A stretch of DNA of 64,000 nucleotides from Acidimicrobiales bacterium (lineage in GTDB: Bacteria; Actinomycetota; Acidimicrobiia; Acidimicrobiales; RAAP-2). Shown in pieces: positions 18,661-29,699 of the stretch; the first letter of the stretch is position 1; each line of letters starts with the position of its first letter. Location: positions 2,272 to 66,271 of the forward strand of contig DASXFG010000063.1 in NCBI GenBank assembly GCA_036489715.1. The letters are read 5' to 3'. Under the pieces are notes generated by a model, which did no database searches, was not told where the DNA came from, and saw only the letters and a list, made by a program, of their open reading frames with translations. The translations under genes were made by a program, and so were the position numbers.

Positions 18661-19494
18661 CTAGTCGAAGAGCGACGTGTAGATTTCGCGCGTCGCGGTT
18701 GAGCGGTTGAGCGTATAAAAGTGCAACCCCGGAACCCCGGCCTCCAGCAACTCGCGGCAGAGTTCGGTGGCTGCTCTCACCCCCTCGTCGCGCACCGCGC
18801 TCGGGCCGCCGCGCGCTCGGGCCGCCTCCAGACGCCCGACCAGCGCCTCCGGCACCGCCGCGCCCATGCTCGCCATTCGAGCAACGCCCGACAGGGTCGT
18901 CACCGGCATGATTCCCGGCAGCACGGGCTTTTCGATCCCGAGTGCGCCGAGTTCCTCGACCAGTTCGGTCCACTCGCGGGCTTCGAAGAAGAACTGGGTG
19001 ACCGCGAAATCGGCGAGCTCGAGTTTGCGCGCTAGGTGCCGTCGATCCGAGGCGCGGTCCTTCGAGCGCGGGTGTCCCTGAGGGTGGGCGCCAACTCCGA
19101 TGCAGAACTCTCCTACCTCACGTACCAGCTCAACGAGTTCAAGCGCGTACGTGAAATCTGTGAAGTCCAGGGCCCCGCCGCTTGGAAGATCCCCGCCGAG
19201 GGCCATCACGTTTACTACCCCCGCGTCGAGATAGTTCTTGAGCAGGTCGCGCATCTCGTCGCGGCTGTGCCCCACGCAGATGAGGTGGGCCATCGCGGTG
19301 ATCCGGCCCGCTTTTTGAATCTGAGTCACGAGGTCGTACGTGCGGCGCCGCGACTCGCGTCCGCCGCGATAGGTGACCGAGACGAAGGACGGCGAGAAAC
19401 CCGAAAGTTCGTTGAGGGTGCGCTCGAGAACAACGCTCTCGTCGTCGGACTTGGGCGGAAAGAATTCGAAGGACCGAGTTTGGCCCTGGGCCAT
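18661..19494 (-). CDS. metF: Methylenetetrahydrofolate reductase
   Basis: MAQGQTRSFEFFPPKS..FVSVTY..MAHLIC; the internal ATG at 19494 is used because the upstream part of the track ORF has no homology-like content. Confidence 0.85.
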   Translation of the reverse strand: MAQGQTRSFEFFPPKSDDESVVLERTLNELSGFSPSFVSVTYRGGRESRRRTYDLVTQIQKAGRITAMAHLICVGHSRDEMRDLLKNYLDAGVVNVMALGGDLPSGGALDFTDFTYALELVELVREVGEFCIGVGAHPQGHPRSKDRASDRRHLARKLELADFAVTQFFFEAREWTELVEELGALGIEKPVLPGIMPVTTLSGVARMASMGAAVPEALVGRLEAARARGGPSAVRDEGVRAATELCRELLEAGVPGLHFYTLNRSTATREIYTSLFD

Positions 19495-19516
19495 CAAGTG
19501 CGAGACCCGGGTCGAC

Positions 19517-19888
19517 CTATCCGGCGCGACCAAAATCGTCCTCAAGTCGCTCAATATCGTCCTCGCCGAAATACGTTCCCGTCTGAACTTCGATGAACAC
19601 GACGTCTTCGCTGCCACGGTTCTCGCACCGATGCGCCTGGCCCACGGCGATGTCGATGCCGCTGCCCGCGGGAATCTCGTAGTCGACGCCGTCCAGGACG
19701 ACGCTCGCCGTGCCGCTCACCACAAACCAGTGCTCTGAGCGCTTTTGGTGGCGCTGATAACTCAGTCGTTTACCCGGAGCAACGACCAAGCGCTTGACCT
19801 TGTGGTCCGCGTAGTCCTCGTCGAGCACTGTAAATGAGCCCCAGGGTCGCTCGTCGCGCTCTCGACCGTGCTCGTCGGTAAGTGTCAT
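19517..19888 (-). CDS. Cupin-domain protein (phosphomannose isomerase type II C-terminal-like)
   Basis: RPWGSFTVL..KVKRLVVAPGKRLSYQRHQKRSEHWFVVSG..IEVQTGTYFGEDDIERLEDDFGR matches the PMI type II cupin pattern; ATGA overlap with the folD stop. Confidence 0.65.
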   Translation of the reverse strand: MTLTDEHGRERDERPWGSFTVLDEDYADHKVKRLVVAPGKRLSYQRHQKRSEHWFVVSGTASVVLDGVDYEIPAGSGIDIAVGQAHRCENRGSEDVVFIEVQTGTYFGEDDIERLEDDFGRAG

Positions 19889-20739
19889 GTCGCCCTTTCG
19901 GCAGCCAAAACAGCGTTGTTCAATAGCATGGCACGAGTCATCGGACCGACGCCACCGAGGCGAGGCGTGATCCATCGCGCCACCTCGCTCACCTCCTCGG
20001 AGATATCGCTGAGGAGTTTGCGACCCTGAAACGTGGTGCCCGCTCCTACTACCGCTGCTCCGGGCTGGACCATGTCACGAGTCACGAGACCCGCGCGACC
20101 CGCCGCCGAGACGATGACGTCGGCGCTGCGCACGATTTCTTCGAACTTGGCAACGCCCGTGTGCACGACGGTGACCGCCGCGTTGCAGTGGGGACGACGC
20201 ATCGCGAGCAGCAGCGCCAGCGGGCGCCCGATCGTGAGGCCGCGCCCGATCACCACGACGTGCTGACCCTCCACGGGGACGTTGTAGGCCGCGAGGAGCT
20301 CCACGATGCCGTTGGGGGTGCAGGGCAACGGCCCCGGCGCGCCCATCACCAGACGCCCAAGATTGGTGGGATGAAGTCCGTCGACATCCTTTTCGGGATT
20401 GACGCGAAGCAGCACTTCTTCTTCATTGACGCCGTCGGGCAACGGGAGCTGAACCAAGATGGCGTGAATGCGATCGTCTGCGTTGAAGCGATCGACGATC
20501 TCTTCGATCTCCTTCTGGGTGGCGTGTGAATCGAGATGTTCGTCGAAGGAGCGAATGCCGATTTCGGCACACTCTTCTATCTTCATCGCCACGTAGCGGG
20601 TGCTGGAGGGGTCGTCACCGACCAGAATCGTTCCGAGTCCCGGGGTGCGACCGGCCGACAGCAAGCGCTGAACGCGGTCGCTCAGTTGCATCTTCAAGCG
20701 TGCCGCGACGACTTCGCCATCGAGAAGTTCTGCTGTCAT
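19885..20739 (-). CDS. folD: Bifunctional methylene-THF dehydrogenase / methenyl-THF cyclohydrolase
   Basis: GLGTILVGDDPSS.YV..K, LVQLPLP, PCTP, VVVIGRG motifs. Confidence 0.9.
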   Translation of the reverse strand: MTAELLDGEVVAARLKMQLSDRVQRLLSAGRTPGLGTILVGDDPSSTRYVAMKIEECAEIGIRSFDEHLDSHATQKEIEEIVDRFNADDRIHAILVQLPLPDGVNEEEVLLRVNPEKDVDGLHPTNLGRLVMGAPGPLPCTPNGIVELLAAYNVPVEGQHVVVIGRGLTIGRPLALLLAMRRPHCNAAVTVVHTGVAKFEEIVRSADVIVSAAGRAGLVTRDMVQPGAAVVGAGTTFQGRKLLSDISEEVSEVARWITPRLGGVGPMTRAMLLNNAVLAAERAT

Positions 20740-20746
20740 CTCTCTC

Positions 20747-22285
20747 CTAGTGTCGGAAGTGTCGCTCGCCCGTGAGCATCATGACCACGCCGGCCTCGTT
20801 GGCCGCGTCCACGACCTCTTGGTCGCGAACCGACCCCCCGGGCTGGACCACCGCCGCCACCCCCGCCGCGGTCAGCGCCTCGAGGCCGTCGGCAAAGGGA
20901 AAGAACGCGTCCGACGCGGCGGCGCCTCCACGAGCGCGCTCCCCCGCTTTTTCAACTGCGATCTTCGACGCCACGACGCGCGACTGCTGTCCGGCGGCGA
21001 TGCCCACCGCGACGCCGTCGTGGGCGATCACAATGGCATTTGAAGTCGTACGCGCGCACACGCGCCAGGCGAGGGCCAAATCCTCGAGCTGCTGGGGAGT
21101 GGGTGAGGTCGTTGTCGCACAGCGCCACTCCGGGGGCGCCGCGACCAGCTCATCGGCGTTCTGGACGAGGGCGGTGTTACCGAAAGTGCGAATCGAAAGT
21201 CCGAGCGGCTCGGGCTCGGGCGCGCTCAGCAGGCGCGTGGCCTTGCGACGGGCCACGAGCGTCGCGACGGCCTCTTCGCTGAAGCCGGTGGCGATGATGA
21301 CGTCGGCCTGGGGTCCGGTGGCGATGAGACCCGCCACGGTCGCGTCGACGTCACCCCCCAACGCGATGACGCCGCCAAAGGCGCTCATCGGATCGGCCGC
21401 CAGCGCTTTGTGGAACGCGTCGCCCAGGGTGTCGGCCAGCGCCGCTCCTGAGGCGTTGGCGTGCTTGATGATCGCCACGACCTGACGGCCGGGCGCGTCA
21501 CCAGCCAGTTCGTATACCAGCCTCCACGCCGCGTCGGCGTCAAAGTAGTTGAGATAGGACAGACCCGATCCGGCGTGTTTGACGACCCCGTCCCACCACG
21601 AGTCGGTGCCCGCGAAGCGGTAGCGGGCGGCGATCTGGTGCGGGTTTTCTCCGTACTTCGTTACTTCGGCGCGCTCCAAGTTCAGACGTAACGTCTCGGG
21701 AACGACGCCGTCCCGGTCACCGAGTGACTCGCCCAGGGCTCCCCGATCGAACCAGTCCGCCACCGCCGCGTCGTACTGGGCGGTGTGGGCGAAGGCGGCG
21801 CGCGCCAGTTCATGACGGGTGTTGTGGGAGATCTCCCCGCTTTCGGTCAGTTCACGCAGCACCGGGCCGTACTGTGCGGGATTCGTCAGCACCGCCACGT
21901 GTCGGTGGTTCTTCGCGGCCGCTCGCACCATGGTGGGACCGCCCACGTCGATGAGTTCAATTGAGGGATTCGAAGTGAACGGATAGAGATTGCAGATCAC
22001 GATGTCGAAGGGAACGATTTCGTGCTCGAGGAGCGCCTCGCGGTGGCCGGGCCGATCGAGATCGGCCAGTATGGCCCCGTGTATCCGGGGGTGAAGAGTC
22101 TTGACCCGGCCGTCGAGCATCTCAGGAAAGCCCGTGACGTCCTCGACTTCGACGTGCTCGATGTCCGCGCCTCGCAACTCGCGCGCCGTGCCGCCCGAGG
22201 CGACGATTTCCACGTCGTGCGCGCGCAGGGCCGTGGCCACCTCGACCAGACCGGTTTTGTCCCACACGCTGAGCAGTGCGCGCAC
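20747..22285 (-). CDS. purH: Bifunctional AICAR transformylase / IMP cyclohydrolase
   Basis: ALLSVWDKTGLVE..GGRVKTLHPRIHGAILA; 512 aa. Confidence 0.9.
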   Translation of the reverse strand: MRALLSVWDKTGLVEVATALRAHDVEIVASGGTARELRGADIEHVEVEDVTGFPEMLDGRVKTLHPRIHGAILADLDRPGHREALLEHEIVPFDIVICNLYPFTSNPSIELIDVGGPTMVRAAAKNHRHVAVLTNPAQYGPVLRELTESGEISHNTRHELARAAFAHTAQYDAAVADWFDRGALGESLGDRDGVVPETLRLNLERAEVTKYGENPHQIAARYRFAGTDSWWDGVVKHAGSGLSYLNYFDADAAWRLVYELAGDAPGRQVVAIIKHANASGAALADTLGDAFHKALAADPMSAFGGVIALGGDVDATVAGLIATGPQADVIIATGFSEEAVATLVARRKATRLLSAPEPEPLGLSIRTFGNTALVQNADELVAAPPEWRCATTTSPTPQQLEDLALAWRVCARTTSNAIVIAHDGVAVGIAAGQQSRVVASKIAVEKAGERARGGAAASDAFFPFADGLEALTAAGVAAVVQPGGSVRDQEVVDAANEAGVVMMLTGERHFRH

Positions 22286-22902
22286 TATGTCTCCTCCGCC
22301 ACCTGAACACTCGCCGGTTCGCGACCCTGGGCGAGCGACGCCATCACCCTAGCGACGACCTCGGGATACAACGTCCGTTCGACTTGCTTGATTCGCTCAT
22401 GAAGACTCGCCTCGGAGTCATCAAGAAATACGGGCACCCGTCGTTGGGCGAGGATGGGTCCGTCGTCCAGCGCCTCGGTCGCGACGTGCACCGTGCAACC
22501 CGACTCGCTCACTCCGGCTTCGAGGGTGGCGGCCACCGCGTGCCAGCCCTTAAAGGCCGGCAGGAGACTCGGATGGGTGTTGAGCACCCGGCCCGGAAAG
22601 GCCCGGTGAAACGATCCCGTTACGACTGTGCCGAAGCCGGCCATAGCGATGAGGTCGACGTTCGCGAGCTCCAGCGTGCGCGCGAGTTCCATGCTGTACG
22701 CCTCACGATCGAAGTCCGCGGTAAAGCCGCCGAACATCGCCCGATCGACGAGTCGCGCCACGACCCCGGACCCGCTGGCGACCTCCAGCCCGCGGCACGG
22801 CCGATCTGAAACCACCAGGGCAACGTCGAGCTCCGCTTGAATCATTGCTTCGAGGATCGTGCCCGACCCCGAGACAAGAACCGCGAGGCGAATTGGGGCC
22901 AA
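22285..22902 (-). CDS. purN: Phosphoribosylglycinamide formyltransferase
   Basis: LAVLVSGSGT, NTHPSLLPAFKG, DDGPILAQ motifs; 1-nt overlap with the purH start. Confidence 0.85.
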   Translation of the reverse strand: MAPIRLAVLVSGSGTILEAMIQAELDVALVVSDRPCRGLEVASGSGVVARLVDRAMFGGFTADFDREAYSMELARTLELANVDLIAMAGFGTVVTGSFHRAFPGRVLNTHPSLLPAFKGWHAVAATLEAGVSESGCTVHVATEALDDGPILAQRRVPVFLDDSEASLHERIKQVERTLYPEVVARVMASLAQGREPASVQVAEET

Positions 22903-23787
22903 TTAGAGCGCCTTGACGATCTCGACCATTCTCTGGCCGGCCTCGGTCGGGTTCGCGCACACCTGCACGCCTGCCTCGGCGAGCGCGTCCATCTTCGCCT
23001 GAGCCGTGCCCTTCGAACCCGAGATGATGGCGCCCGCGTGTCCCATTTTTCGTCCGGCGGGCGCGGTCACGCCCGCGACGTAGGCGACAACGGGCTTGGT
23101 CATGTTGTGCTTAATCCACTCGGCGGCCCGCTCTTCTTCAGATCCTCCGATTTCGCCAATCATCATCACCGCTTTGGTCTCGGGGTCGTCTTCAAAAGCG
23201 GCCAGGCAGTCGATGAAGTTCGTGCCGGGCACGGGGTCGCCGCCGATGCCCACGCAGGTCGTCTGGCCGATCCCCTGCTGGCTCAGCTCGTGCAACGCCT
23301 GGTAGGTCAACGTTCCCGAGCGCGAGACGATGCCCACCGGTCCGCCGGCCAAGGCGATGTCGCCAGAGGTGATGCCGATGTTGCACTTGCCGGGGCTGAT
23401 GACGCCCGGACAGTTCGGGCCGAGCAGACGTACTCCGGGGAAGTCTTCTACTAAGCGGTTGTAAGTGACGGCCTCGTCGTGAGCCGGGATGCCCTCGGTG
23501 ATGCACACAATGAAGGTGACGCCCCCTTCGGCGGCTTCAATGATGGCGTCGGCCGCGAACTTAGGCGGCACCACTACAAACGAGGCGCTCGCTCCCGTCG
23601 CCTCGACCGCCTCTTTGACGGTGTTAAAGACGGGAATGCCCTCAACGTCGCTGCCACCTTTGCCGGGCGTCACACCGGCCACGACCTTGGTGCCGTAGTC
23701 GCGGTTGCGCAGACCGTGGAAACGGCCCTGACCGCCGGTCAGGCCCTGGACGACGACTTTGGTGTTTTCGTCTACAAATATGCTCAC
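22903..23787 (-). CDS. sucD: Succinyl-CoA ligase subunit alpha
   Basis: VVQGLTGGQG, SRSGTLTY, MGHAGAI active-site His motif. Confidence 0.9.
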   Translation of the reverse strand: MSIFVDENTKVVVQGLTGGQGRFHGLRNRDYGTKVVAGVTPGKGGSDVEGIPVFNTVKEAVEATGASASFVVVPPKFAADAIIEAAEGGVTFIVCITEGIPAHDEAVTYNRLVEDFPGVRLLGPNCPGVISPGKCNIGITSGDIALAGGPVGIVSRSGTLTYQALHELSQQGIGQTTCVGIGGDPVPGTNFIDCLAAFEDDPETKAVMMIGEIGGSEEERAAEWIKHNMTKPVVAYVAGVTAPAGRKMGHAGAIISGSKGTAQAKMDALAEAGVQVCANPTEAGQRMVEIVKAL

Positions 23788-23792
23788 GGTTC

Positions 23793-24932
23793 CTACTTCG
23801 CTAGGGCCACGGCCCGGCGCGCGGCGTCGATCATCGTGGGTTCAGTAATCAGTTGATCGTTCAAGTGATCGGCCAAGATCGCCCGGCCCTCCACGGCGTT
23901 GGTTCCGTCGAGGCGCAACACGATGGGTGAGGCGATCGCGACGCGGTTGAGTGCTTCGAGCACTCCCTTGGCGACCTCGTCGACGCGGGTAATTCCGCCA
24001 AAGATGTTGACAAATATCGACTTCACTTTGGGGTCCGCGTTTATAACTTCAAGGGCCGCCGCCATAACGTCGGCGTTCGCTCCTCCGCCGATGTCAAGGA
24101 AGTTGGCCGCCGTGCCGCCAACCTGGTTGACGACGTCGAGCGTCGACATCGCAAGGCCCGCACCGTTGGCGATGATCCCCACGGTGCCGTCTAAGCCGAT
24201 GTAGTTGAGCCCGCGCTCTTTGGCCATCTTTTCGCGGGGGTCCTCGGTCTCGGTCGCTCGAAACTCCTCCCACTCGGGGTGTCGATACGACGCGTTGTCG
24301 TCCAGAGTCACCTTGGCGTCGAGAGCGTGAACGCGACCTTGGGGAGTGAGGATGAGGGGATTGATCTCGGCGAGATCACAGTCACCGCGGGTGTAACAGT
24401 CGTAGAGCTGCACCAGCAGATCGGCCGCCTGCTCACGCGCGGCGTCGTCGAGCTGCGCTTCGGCGACCCAGCGGCGCGCGGTCTCCAGATCGAGCCCCCG
24501 AGTGGGGTCAATCGAGATCATGGCAATCGCGTCGGGGCTCTCTTCGGCTACGACCTCGATTTCCACTCCGCCCTGTGCGCTCAACATCCCCAGGTGCGTC
24601 TTGTTGGGGCGATCCAGGGTGAAGGAGGCGTAGTACTCCTTGGCGATGTCGCTGGCGTGCTCGACCCAGAGTCGGCGAACGACGTGACCTTTGATATCGA
24701 GACCCAGAATGTTGCCCGCGTGCAGTCGCACTTCCTCGGGATTCGACGCGAGCTTGACGCCGCCGGCTTTGCCGCGGCCCCCCACCTTGACCTGGGCCTT
24801 TACCACGACGGGAAAGCCGACGCGCTCCGCGACCGCCAGCGCCTCGTCCACCGTATCGGCGACGTCGCCGGGCGAAATTGCAATGCCGTATCGCGCGAAG
24901 TACTGCTTTCCCTGATACTCAAAGAGATCCAT
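23793..24932 (-). CDS. sucC: Succinyl-CoA ligase subunit beta
   Basis: MDLFEYQGKQYF.., VKAQV..GGRGKAGGVK, NIFGGITR motifs; start taken at MDLFEYQ (24932). Confidence 0.9.
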   Translation of the reverse strand: MDLFEYQGKQYFARYGIAISPGDVADTVDEALAVAERVGFPVVVKAQVKVGGRGKAGGVKLASNPEEVRLHAGNILGLDIKGHVVRRLWVEHASDIAKEYYASFTLDRPNKTHLGMLSAQGGVEIEVVAEESPDAIAMISIDPTRGLDLETARRWVAEAQLDDAAREQAADLLVQLYDCYTRGDCDLAEINPLILTPQGRVHALDAKVTLDDNASYRHPEWEEFRATETEDPREKMAKERGLNYIGLDGTVGIIANGAGLAMSTLDVVNQVGGTAANFLDIGGGANADVMAAALEVINADPKVKSIFVNIFGGITRVDEVAKGVLEALNRVAIASPIVLRLDGTNAVEGRAILADHLNDQLITEPTMIDAARRAVALAK

Positions 24933-25117
24933 GCACACGTCTTCTTTCGTTGTATTGAGGGGGGTTGGGGGCCTTCGCTCAGAGAACGGCTAGCCGGAGG
25001 AGAAACGCGAGTAGGAGTCGTTGCGGGGCGAGATATCGCCCTCCAGTCGCATCATCGCTACTCAGCATAGATGGCCCGAATGGACCGGAAATTTGGCCCA
25101 CCTGTTAGGAAAGGGTC

Positions 25118-25885
25118 ATGGACCCGGGACGTGACCTGCACCAGAGAGTCGTGGTATTCGCCGGCAGTTCCGACATCGCCCGGGCGCTCACCAAGAAGCT
25201 GTGCGCGGCGGGATCGCACACGGTGATCCTGGCTGGGCGAAATCAAGAACTGCTCGATCTGGCCGCACGCGAAGCCCACGAGTACGGCGCAACCAAGACC
25301 GACACCGGCTTGTTTGACGCCGAAGACCCTTCACGCGCGGCGGCCGCGGTGGCCGCGGCCTTTGACAAGGCGGGCGGACCCGTCGACCTGGTGGTGATAG
25401 CCGTCGGCACGGTCGGCAACCAATCTGAAGACGAAAACGACGCCCTCGGCGCGGCACGAATGATCACCGTGAACGAAACTTGGCCCGTAGCCGCTTTAGC
25501 CGAGGTCCGCCGACGTCTGGTTTCCCAGGGTAACGGCCGGATTCTCGTATTCTCGACGGCCGCGGCGGTGCGGGTACGACGCGCGAGTTACCTCTACTCG
25601 GGGGCGAAGGCGGGGCTCGATCGCCTCTGCGTCGCCATGGCCGAGTCCTTGGAGGGCACCGGAGTGCGCCTGCAGATTCTTCGACCGGGCGCAGTGCGCA
25701 CGCGCATGTCGCTCGGCCTGGCTCCCACTCCCTTTACCACCGGCGCGAACGAAGCCGCCGACAACGCGATGCGAGGACTACGCAGCGATCGGCTCGTCAT
25801 CTGGAGCCCCCCGATTCTGCGCTACGTGTTTGTGCTGGTGCGGATCATGCCGTCAGTTCTGTGGCGGCGCCTCGCCAACCGCTAA
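25118..25885 (+). CDS. SDR-family oxidoreductase, DprE2-like
   Basis: VRRASYLYSGAKAGLD, LQILRPGAVRTRMS and the C-terminal LVIWSPPILRYVFVLVRIMPSVLWRRL closely parallel my recollection of M. tuberculosis DprE2 ([55 protein letters not shown]). Confidence 0.55.
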   Translation: MDPGRDLHQRVVVFAGSSDIARALTKKLCAAGSHTVILAGRNQELLDLAAREAHEYGATKTDTGLFDAEDPSRAAAAVAAAFDKAGGPVDLVVIAVGTVGNQSEDENDALGAARMITVNETWPVAALAEVRRRLVSQGNGRILVFSTAAAVRVRRASYLYSGAKAGLDRLCVAMAESLEGTGVRLQILRPGAVRTRMSLGLAPTPFTTGANEAADNAMRGLRSDRLVIWSPPILRYVFVLVRIMPSVLWRRLANR

Positions 25886-28167
25886 GCCCGACGCAGCGGG
25901 GTCATGGCGAGCACCAACTGCTTGGTGCCGTGCTCGGTAAAGTTCACGCTCGCGCGCGCCCTGGCCCCTTCGCCATCAACGTGCGCGACGACCCCCGGAC
26001 CGTAGCGGTCGTGCACCACGAGGTCTCCCGCCGCCAGGCCGAGCTTTTCGGCCCCGGTTGACTTGACCGGCGGCGCGGCGCCCGCACCGAAGGCGCGGCC
26101 TTCGGTGAAGTTGGTCGTACGGCCGACGAAGCCGTCGTCATCGTCGTAGACGATCTGCGAACGTCGGGTGGGCAGCGTGGCCGAAATGTCAGTAATCAGT
26201 TCAGCGGGTATCTCTTGGAGAAAGCGACTGGCGATCGACTCGACGCGCTGACCCCACATGGCCCTCGACCAGGAGTGCGTGAGGCTGAGGTGGCGCATGG
26301 CCCGAGTCACTCCGACGTAGAAGAGGCGCCGCTCCTCTTCGAGTTCATCGTCGTCCACCAGCGCACGCCGGTGCGGGAACACCGTCTCTTCCAGGCCGGT
26401 GACGACCACCGCCGGAAACTCCAAACCTTTGGCCACGTGCAGGGTCATCATCGAGATGGCCCCCTGACCGCTGTCGAGCTGATCGGCGTCAGAGACGAGG
26501 GACACGCGTTCCACGAACTCCAGGAGGGACTCGTACTGCGAGGCAGCCGAAGCAAGTTCCCCAAGGTTTTCCAAGCGCGAGTACGCCTCGTCCGTGTTCT
26601 CGGCGCGCAGCGCGTCTCCGATGCCCGACTCGCGCACGATCGCGTCGATCATCTCGCGCGGAGAGAGGTCGTTGGAGAGAGCACGTAACTCTTCGAGGAT
26701 GAAGGCGAAGGTGTCGGCCCCCCCAAGAGCACGACCCGCCAGACCGGCCGCCTTGGCGTGGTGGGCCGCCTCGGCAAAGGAGAGGCCGTGTTCGGCCGCG
26801 TAGGAGCCGAGTTTGGCCTGGGCCCCCTCGCCCACTCCGCGCTTGGGCTCATTGATCACCCGGCGTGCCGACGCCTCATCGCGGCCGTTCACGATGAGGC
26901 GGGCGTAGGCCATCGCGTTCTTGATCTCCTTGCGGTCATAGAACCGCATGCCCGAGATAACGCGGTAGGGAACGTGCGCGCGCAGCATCTCTTCTTCGAG
27001 CACGCGGCTCTGGGCGTTCGTGCGATAAAAGACCGCCATCTCATTCCAGTTGAGTCCGTGCTCGCTGCGCAGGCGCCGCAGTTCACTCGCCACCCACCGC
27101 CCCTCGTCGTACTCGTCGCCCGCGCGATACAGGCGCAGTTTGTGACCCTGCTCGCCCTCGGTGAAGAGGTTCTTCGCGTGGCGCGAGGCGTTTTTGGCGA
27201 TTACGGCATTGGCGGCATCAAGGATCGTCTGGGTGGAACGAAAGTTCTGTTCCAGCAAAATCACCTGCGCGTCAGGAAAACGCGCCTCGAATTGGAGAAT
27301 GTTACGTACGTCGGCGGCTCGAAAGCGGTAGATCGACTGATCCGAGTCGCCCACCACGCACAGGTTGCGGTGTTCGGCCGCGAGCTGCATCACCAGTTCG
27401 TTCTGCACGCCGTTGGTGTCTTGGAATTCGTCGACGAGCAAGTAGCGAAAGCGGTCCTGATACGAGGAGAGCACGCGCTCGTCAGCCCGCATGACCGCCA
27501 CGGCGTTGAGAAGCAGGTCGTCGAAGTCCATGGCGTTGGCGGTGTGAAGTCTCTTGGAGTACAACTGGTAGATCTCGGCGATGCGCCGGCGCTGGGGGTC
27601 GTCGGCGTAGGTGTCGGAGTAGCGATCGGGAGACATCATTTCGTTCTTGGCCGCGGAGATGGCCGCCGACACGCTGCGCGGGGGAAGCCGCTTGGTATCG
27701 AGGTTCAGCTCCTTCATGATGCGCTCGACGGCCGTCTCGGCGTCTCCGGCGTCGTAGATCGTGAACCCGCGCTGATATCCCAGAACATCGGCGTGCGCGC
27801 GCAGAATGCGCAGGCAGGCCGAGTGAAAAGTGGACACCCACATGCGCAAGGCGTCGGATCCCACGAGCTCCACCACCCTGCGGCGCATCTCGTCGGCGGC
27901 TTTGTTGGTAAAAGTGATCGCCATGATCTCGTAGGGGCGCGCGTCGCCCGTGGCGAGCAGGTGCGCGATGCGCCGCGTGAGCACGCGCGTCTTACCCGAT
28001 CCCGCCCCCGCCACGACCAGCAACGGCCCCCCGCGCTGGGTGACGGCCGCGATCTGCGGAGCGGTCAGTCCCTCTAGGAGCGCGTCGGCGTCTCGCGGTG
28101 CGGGAGCGTCGCTAAATCCGCTGCCCCAGAGCGACTCGTCGGAAAATGAGCCGCGGCTCACTCCCAC
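25882..28167 (-). CDS. pcrA: ATP-dependent DNA helicase PcrA/UvrD
   Basis: [42 protein letters not shown]-like and [10 protein letters not shown] motifs. GTG at 28161 (GTGA overlap with the guaA stop) is an alternative start. Confidence 0.9.
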   Translation of the reverse strand: MGVSRGSFSDESLWGSGFSDAPAPRDADALLEGLTAPQIAAVTQRGGPLLVVAGAGSGKTRVLTRRIAHLLATGDARPYEIMAITFTNKAADEMRRRVVELVGSDALRMWVSTFHSACLRILRAHADVLGYQRGFTIYDAGDAETAVERIMKELNLDTKRLPPRSVSAAISAAKNEMMSPDRYSDTYADDPQRRRIAEIYQLYSKRLHTANAMDFDDLLLNAVAVMRADERVLSSYQDRFRYLLVDEFQDTNGVQNELVMQLAAEHRNLCVVGDSDQSIYRFRAADVRNILQFEARFPDAQVILLEQNFRSTQTILDAANAVIAKNASRHAKNLFTEGEQGHKLRLYRAGDEYDEGRWVASELRRLRSEHGLNWNEMAVFYRTNAQSRVLEEEMLRAHVPYRVISGMRFYDRKEIKNAMAYARLIVNGRDEASARRVINEPKRGVGEGAQAKLGSYAAEHGLSFAEAAHHAKAAGLAGRALGGADTFAFILEELRALSNDLSPREMIDAIVRESGIGDALRAENTDEAYSRLENLGELASAASQYESLLEFVERVSLVSDADQLDSGQGAISMMTLHVAKGLEFPAVVVTGLEETVFPHRRALVDDDELEEERRLFYVGVTRAMRHLSLTHSWSRAMWGQRVESIASRFLQEIPAELITDISATLPTRRSQIVYDDDDGFVGRTTNFTEGRAFGAGAAPPVKSTGAEKLGLAAGDLVVHDRYGPGVVAHVDGEGARARASVNFTEHGTKQLVLAMTPLRRA

Positions 28168-29699
28168 TCAATGGTGCCCGGCGGCTTACTCGTGACGTCC
28201 AGGGCCACGCGGTTTACGCCTTCCACCTCGCGGATGAGGCGGTTCGCGATGCTCTCGATCACCTCGTAGGGCAGCCGGGCCCAGTCAGCTGTCATGGCGT
28301 CGTCGCTCGTGACGGCCCGGATGATGATCGGGTACGCGTAGGTCCGTCCATCTCCCATGACGCCTACCGTACGCACGGCCGGTAACACCGCGAAGCTCTG
28401 CCAGAGGTCCCGGTAGAGTCCCGCTTTTTTGATCTCGTCGACCACGACGTAGTCGGCGTTGCGCAGTATATCGGCGCGCTCGCGCGTCACTTCTCCCACG
28501 ATGCGAACACCGAGTCCCGGACCGGGAAAGGGCTGGCGCCAGACGATCTCCGCGGGCAGCCCCAACTCCTCGCCGACGTGGCGCACCTCGTCTTTAAAGA
28601 GCAGGCGTAGCGGCTCCACCAGATCGAAAGAGAGGTCTTTGGGAAGCCCTCCCACGTTGTGGTGACTCTTGATGTTCGCCGCGTGACCGGAGCCCGATTC
28701 GATGACGTCGGGATAGAGGGTGCCCTGGACGAGAAACTTGGGACCTTCGCCGCCCTCGGCGAGCTCGCGGGCCACGGCCTCGAACTCGCGAATGAAGAGC
28801 TCGCCGATGATCTTTCGCTTCGCCTCGGGATCGGTCACTCCCGCTAGGGCGTCGAAGAATCGATCCTGGGCCTTCACGTGGACCAGGTCAACGCCGAATT
28901 GGCGCACGAAAGTCTCTTCGATCTGCTCGCCCTCGTCTTTGCGCATCAGCCCGGTATCGACGAAGACGCACGTCAGTTGAGAACCAACGGCTTTGGTAAC
29001 GAGAGCTGCCGCCACGGCTGAGTCCACGCCGCCCGAGAGCGCGCACAGAACCTTGGCCCCTCCCACCTGGGATCGGATCGCCGCCACCTGGTCTTCGATG
29101 ATCGAGGTGTTGGTCCAGGTTGGCGCGATGCCGGCGACGTGGTGCAGAAAGTTCGCGATCAGTTCCTGGCCGCGCTCAGTGTGGGCGACCTCGGGGTGGA
29201 ACTGAGTCGCGCACAGTCGTCGCTCGACGTCCTCCATCACCGCGACCGGAGCTTCGGGAGAGGACGCCGTCACCACGAAGTTCGACGGAGCCGCGCCAAT
29301 CGCGTCACCGTGGCTCATCCAGACCGTGGAGTCCTGGGGCCAGTCCGAGAGAAGTTGACTCGATCCAGAACGCGTCAGGGTGGTGCGTCCGTACTCGCCC
29401 ACCCCAGTGTTCGCCACCTCACCGCCGAGTTGCTGGGCCATGAGCTGGGCGCCGTAGCAGATGCCCAAAATGGGCACCCCCAGCTCGTAGATGGCGGGGT
29501 CCAACGTGGGAGCAGGCACGGCGTAGACCGACTTAGGTCCGCCCGAGAGGATGATCGCCGCGGGTGCCTTGGCGCATACTTGGACGGCGGTGATATTCGA
29601 AGGAACGATTTCGGAGTAGACGTGCGCCTCGCGCACGCGGCGCGCAATCAATTGCGCGTACTGCGCGCCGAAGTCGACGACGAGAACCGAGTCGCTCAA
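28158..29699 (-). CDS. guaA: GMP synthase (glutamine-hydrolysing)
   Basis: [17 protein letters not shown].., [18 protein letters not shown]-terminal KPPGTIEWE; TTG start at 29699 overlaps the upstream stop (TTGA). The track ORF start at 29810 is an extension. Confidence 0.85.
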   Translation of the reverse strand: MSDSVLVVDFGAQYAQLIARRVREAHVYSEIVPSNITAVQVCAKAPAAIILSGGPKSVYAVPAPTLDPAIYELGVPILGICYGAQLMAQQLGGEVANTGVGEYGRTTLTRSGSSQLLSDWPQDSTVWMSHGDAIGAAPSNFVVTASSPEAPVAVMEDVERRLCATQFHPEVAHTERGQELIANFLHHVAGIAPTWTNTSIIEDQVAAIRSQVGGAKVLCALSGGVDSAVAAALVTKAVGSQLTCVFVDTGLMRKDEGEQIEETFVRQFGVDLVHVKAQDRFFDALAGVTDPEAKRKIIGELFIREFEAVARELAEGGEGPKFLVQGTLYPDVIESGSGHAANIKSHHNVGGLPKDLSFDLVEPLRLLFKDEVRHVGEELGLPAEIVWRQPFPGPGLGVRIVGEVTRERADILRNADYVVVDEIKKAGLYRDLWQSFAVLPAVRTVGVMGDGRTYAYPIIIRAVTSDDAMTADWARLPYEVIESIANRLIREVEGVNRVALDVTSKPPGTIEWE

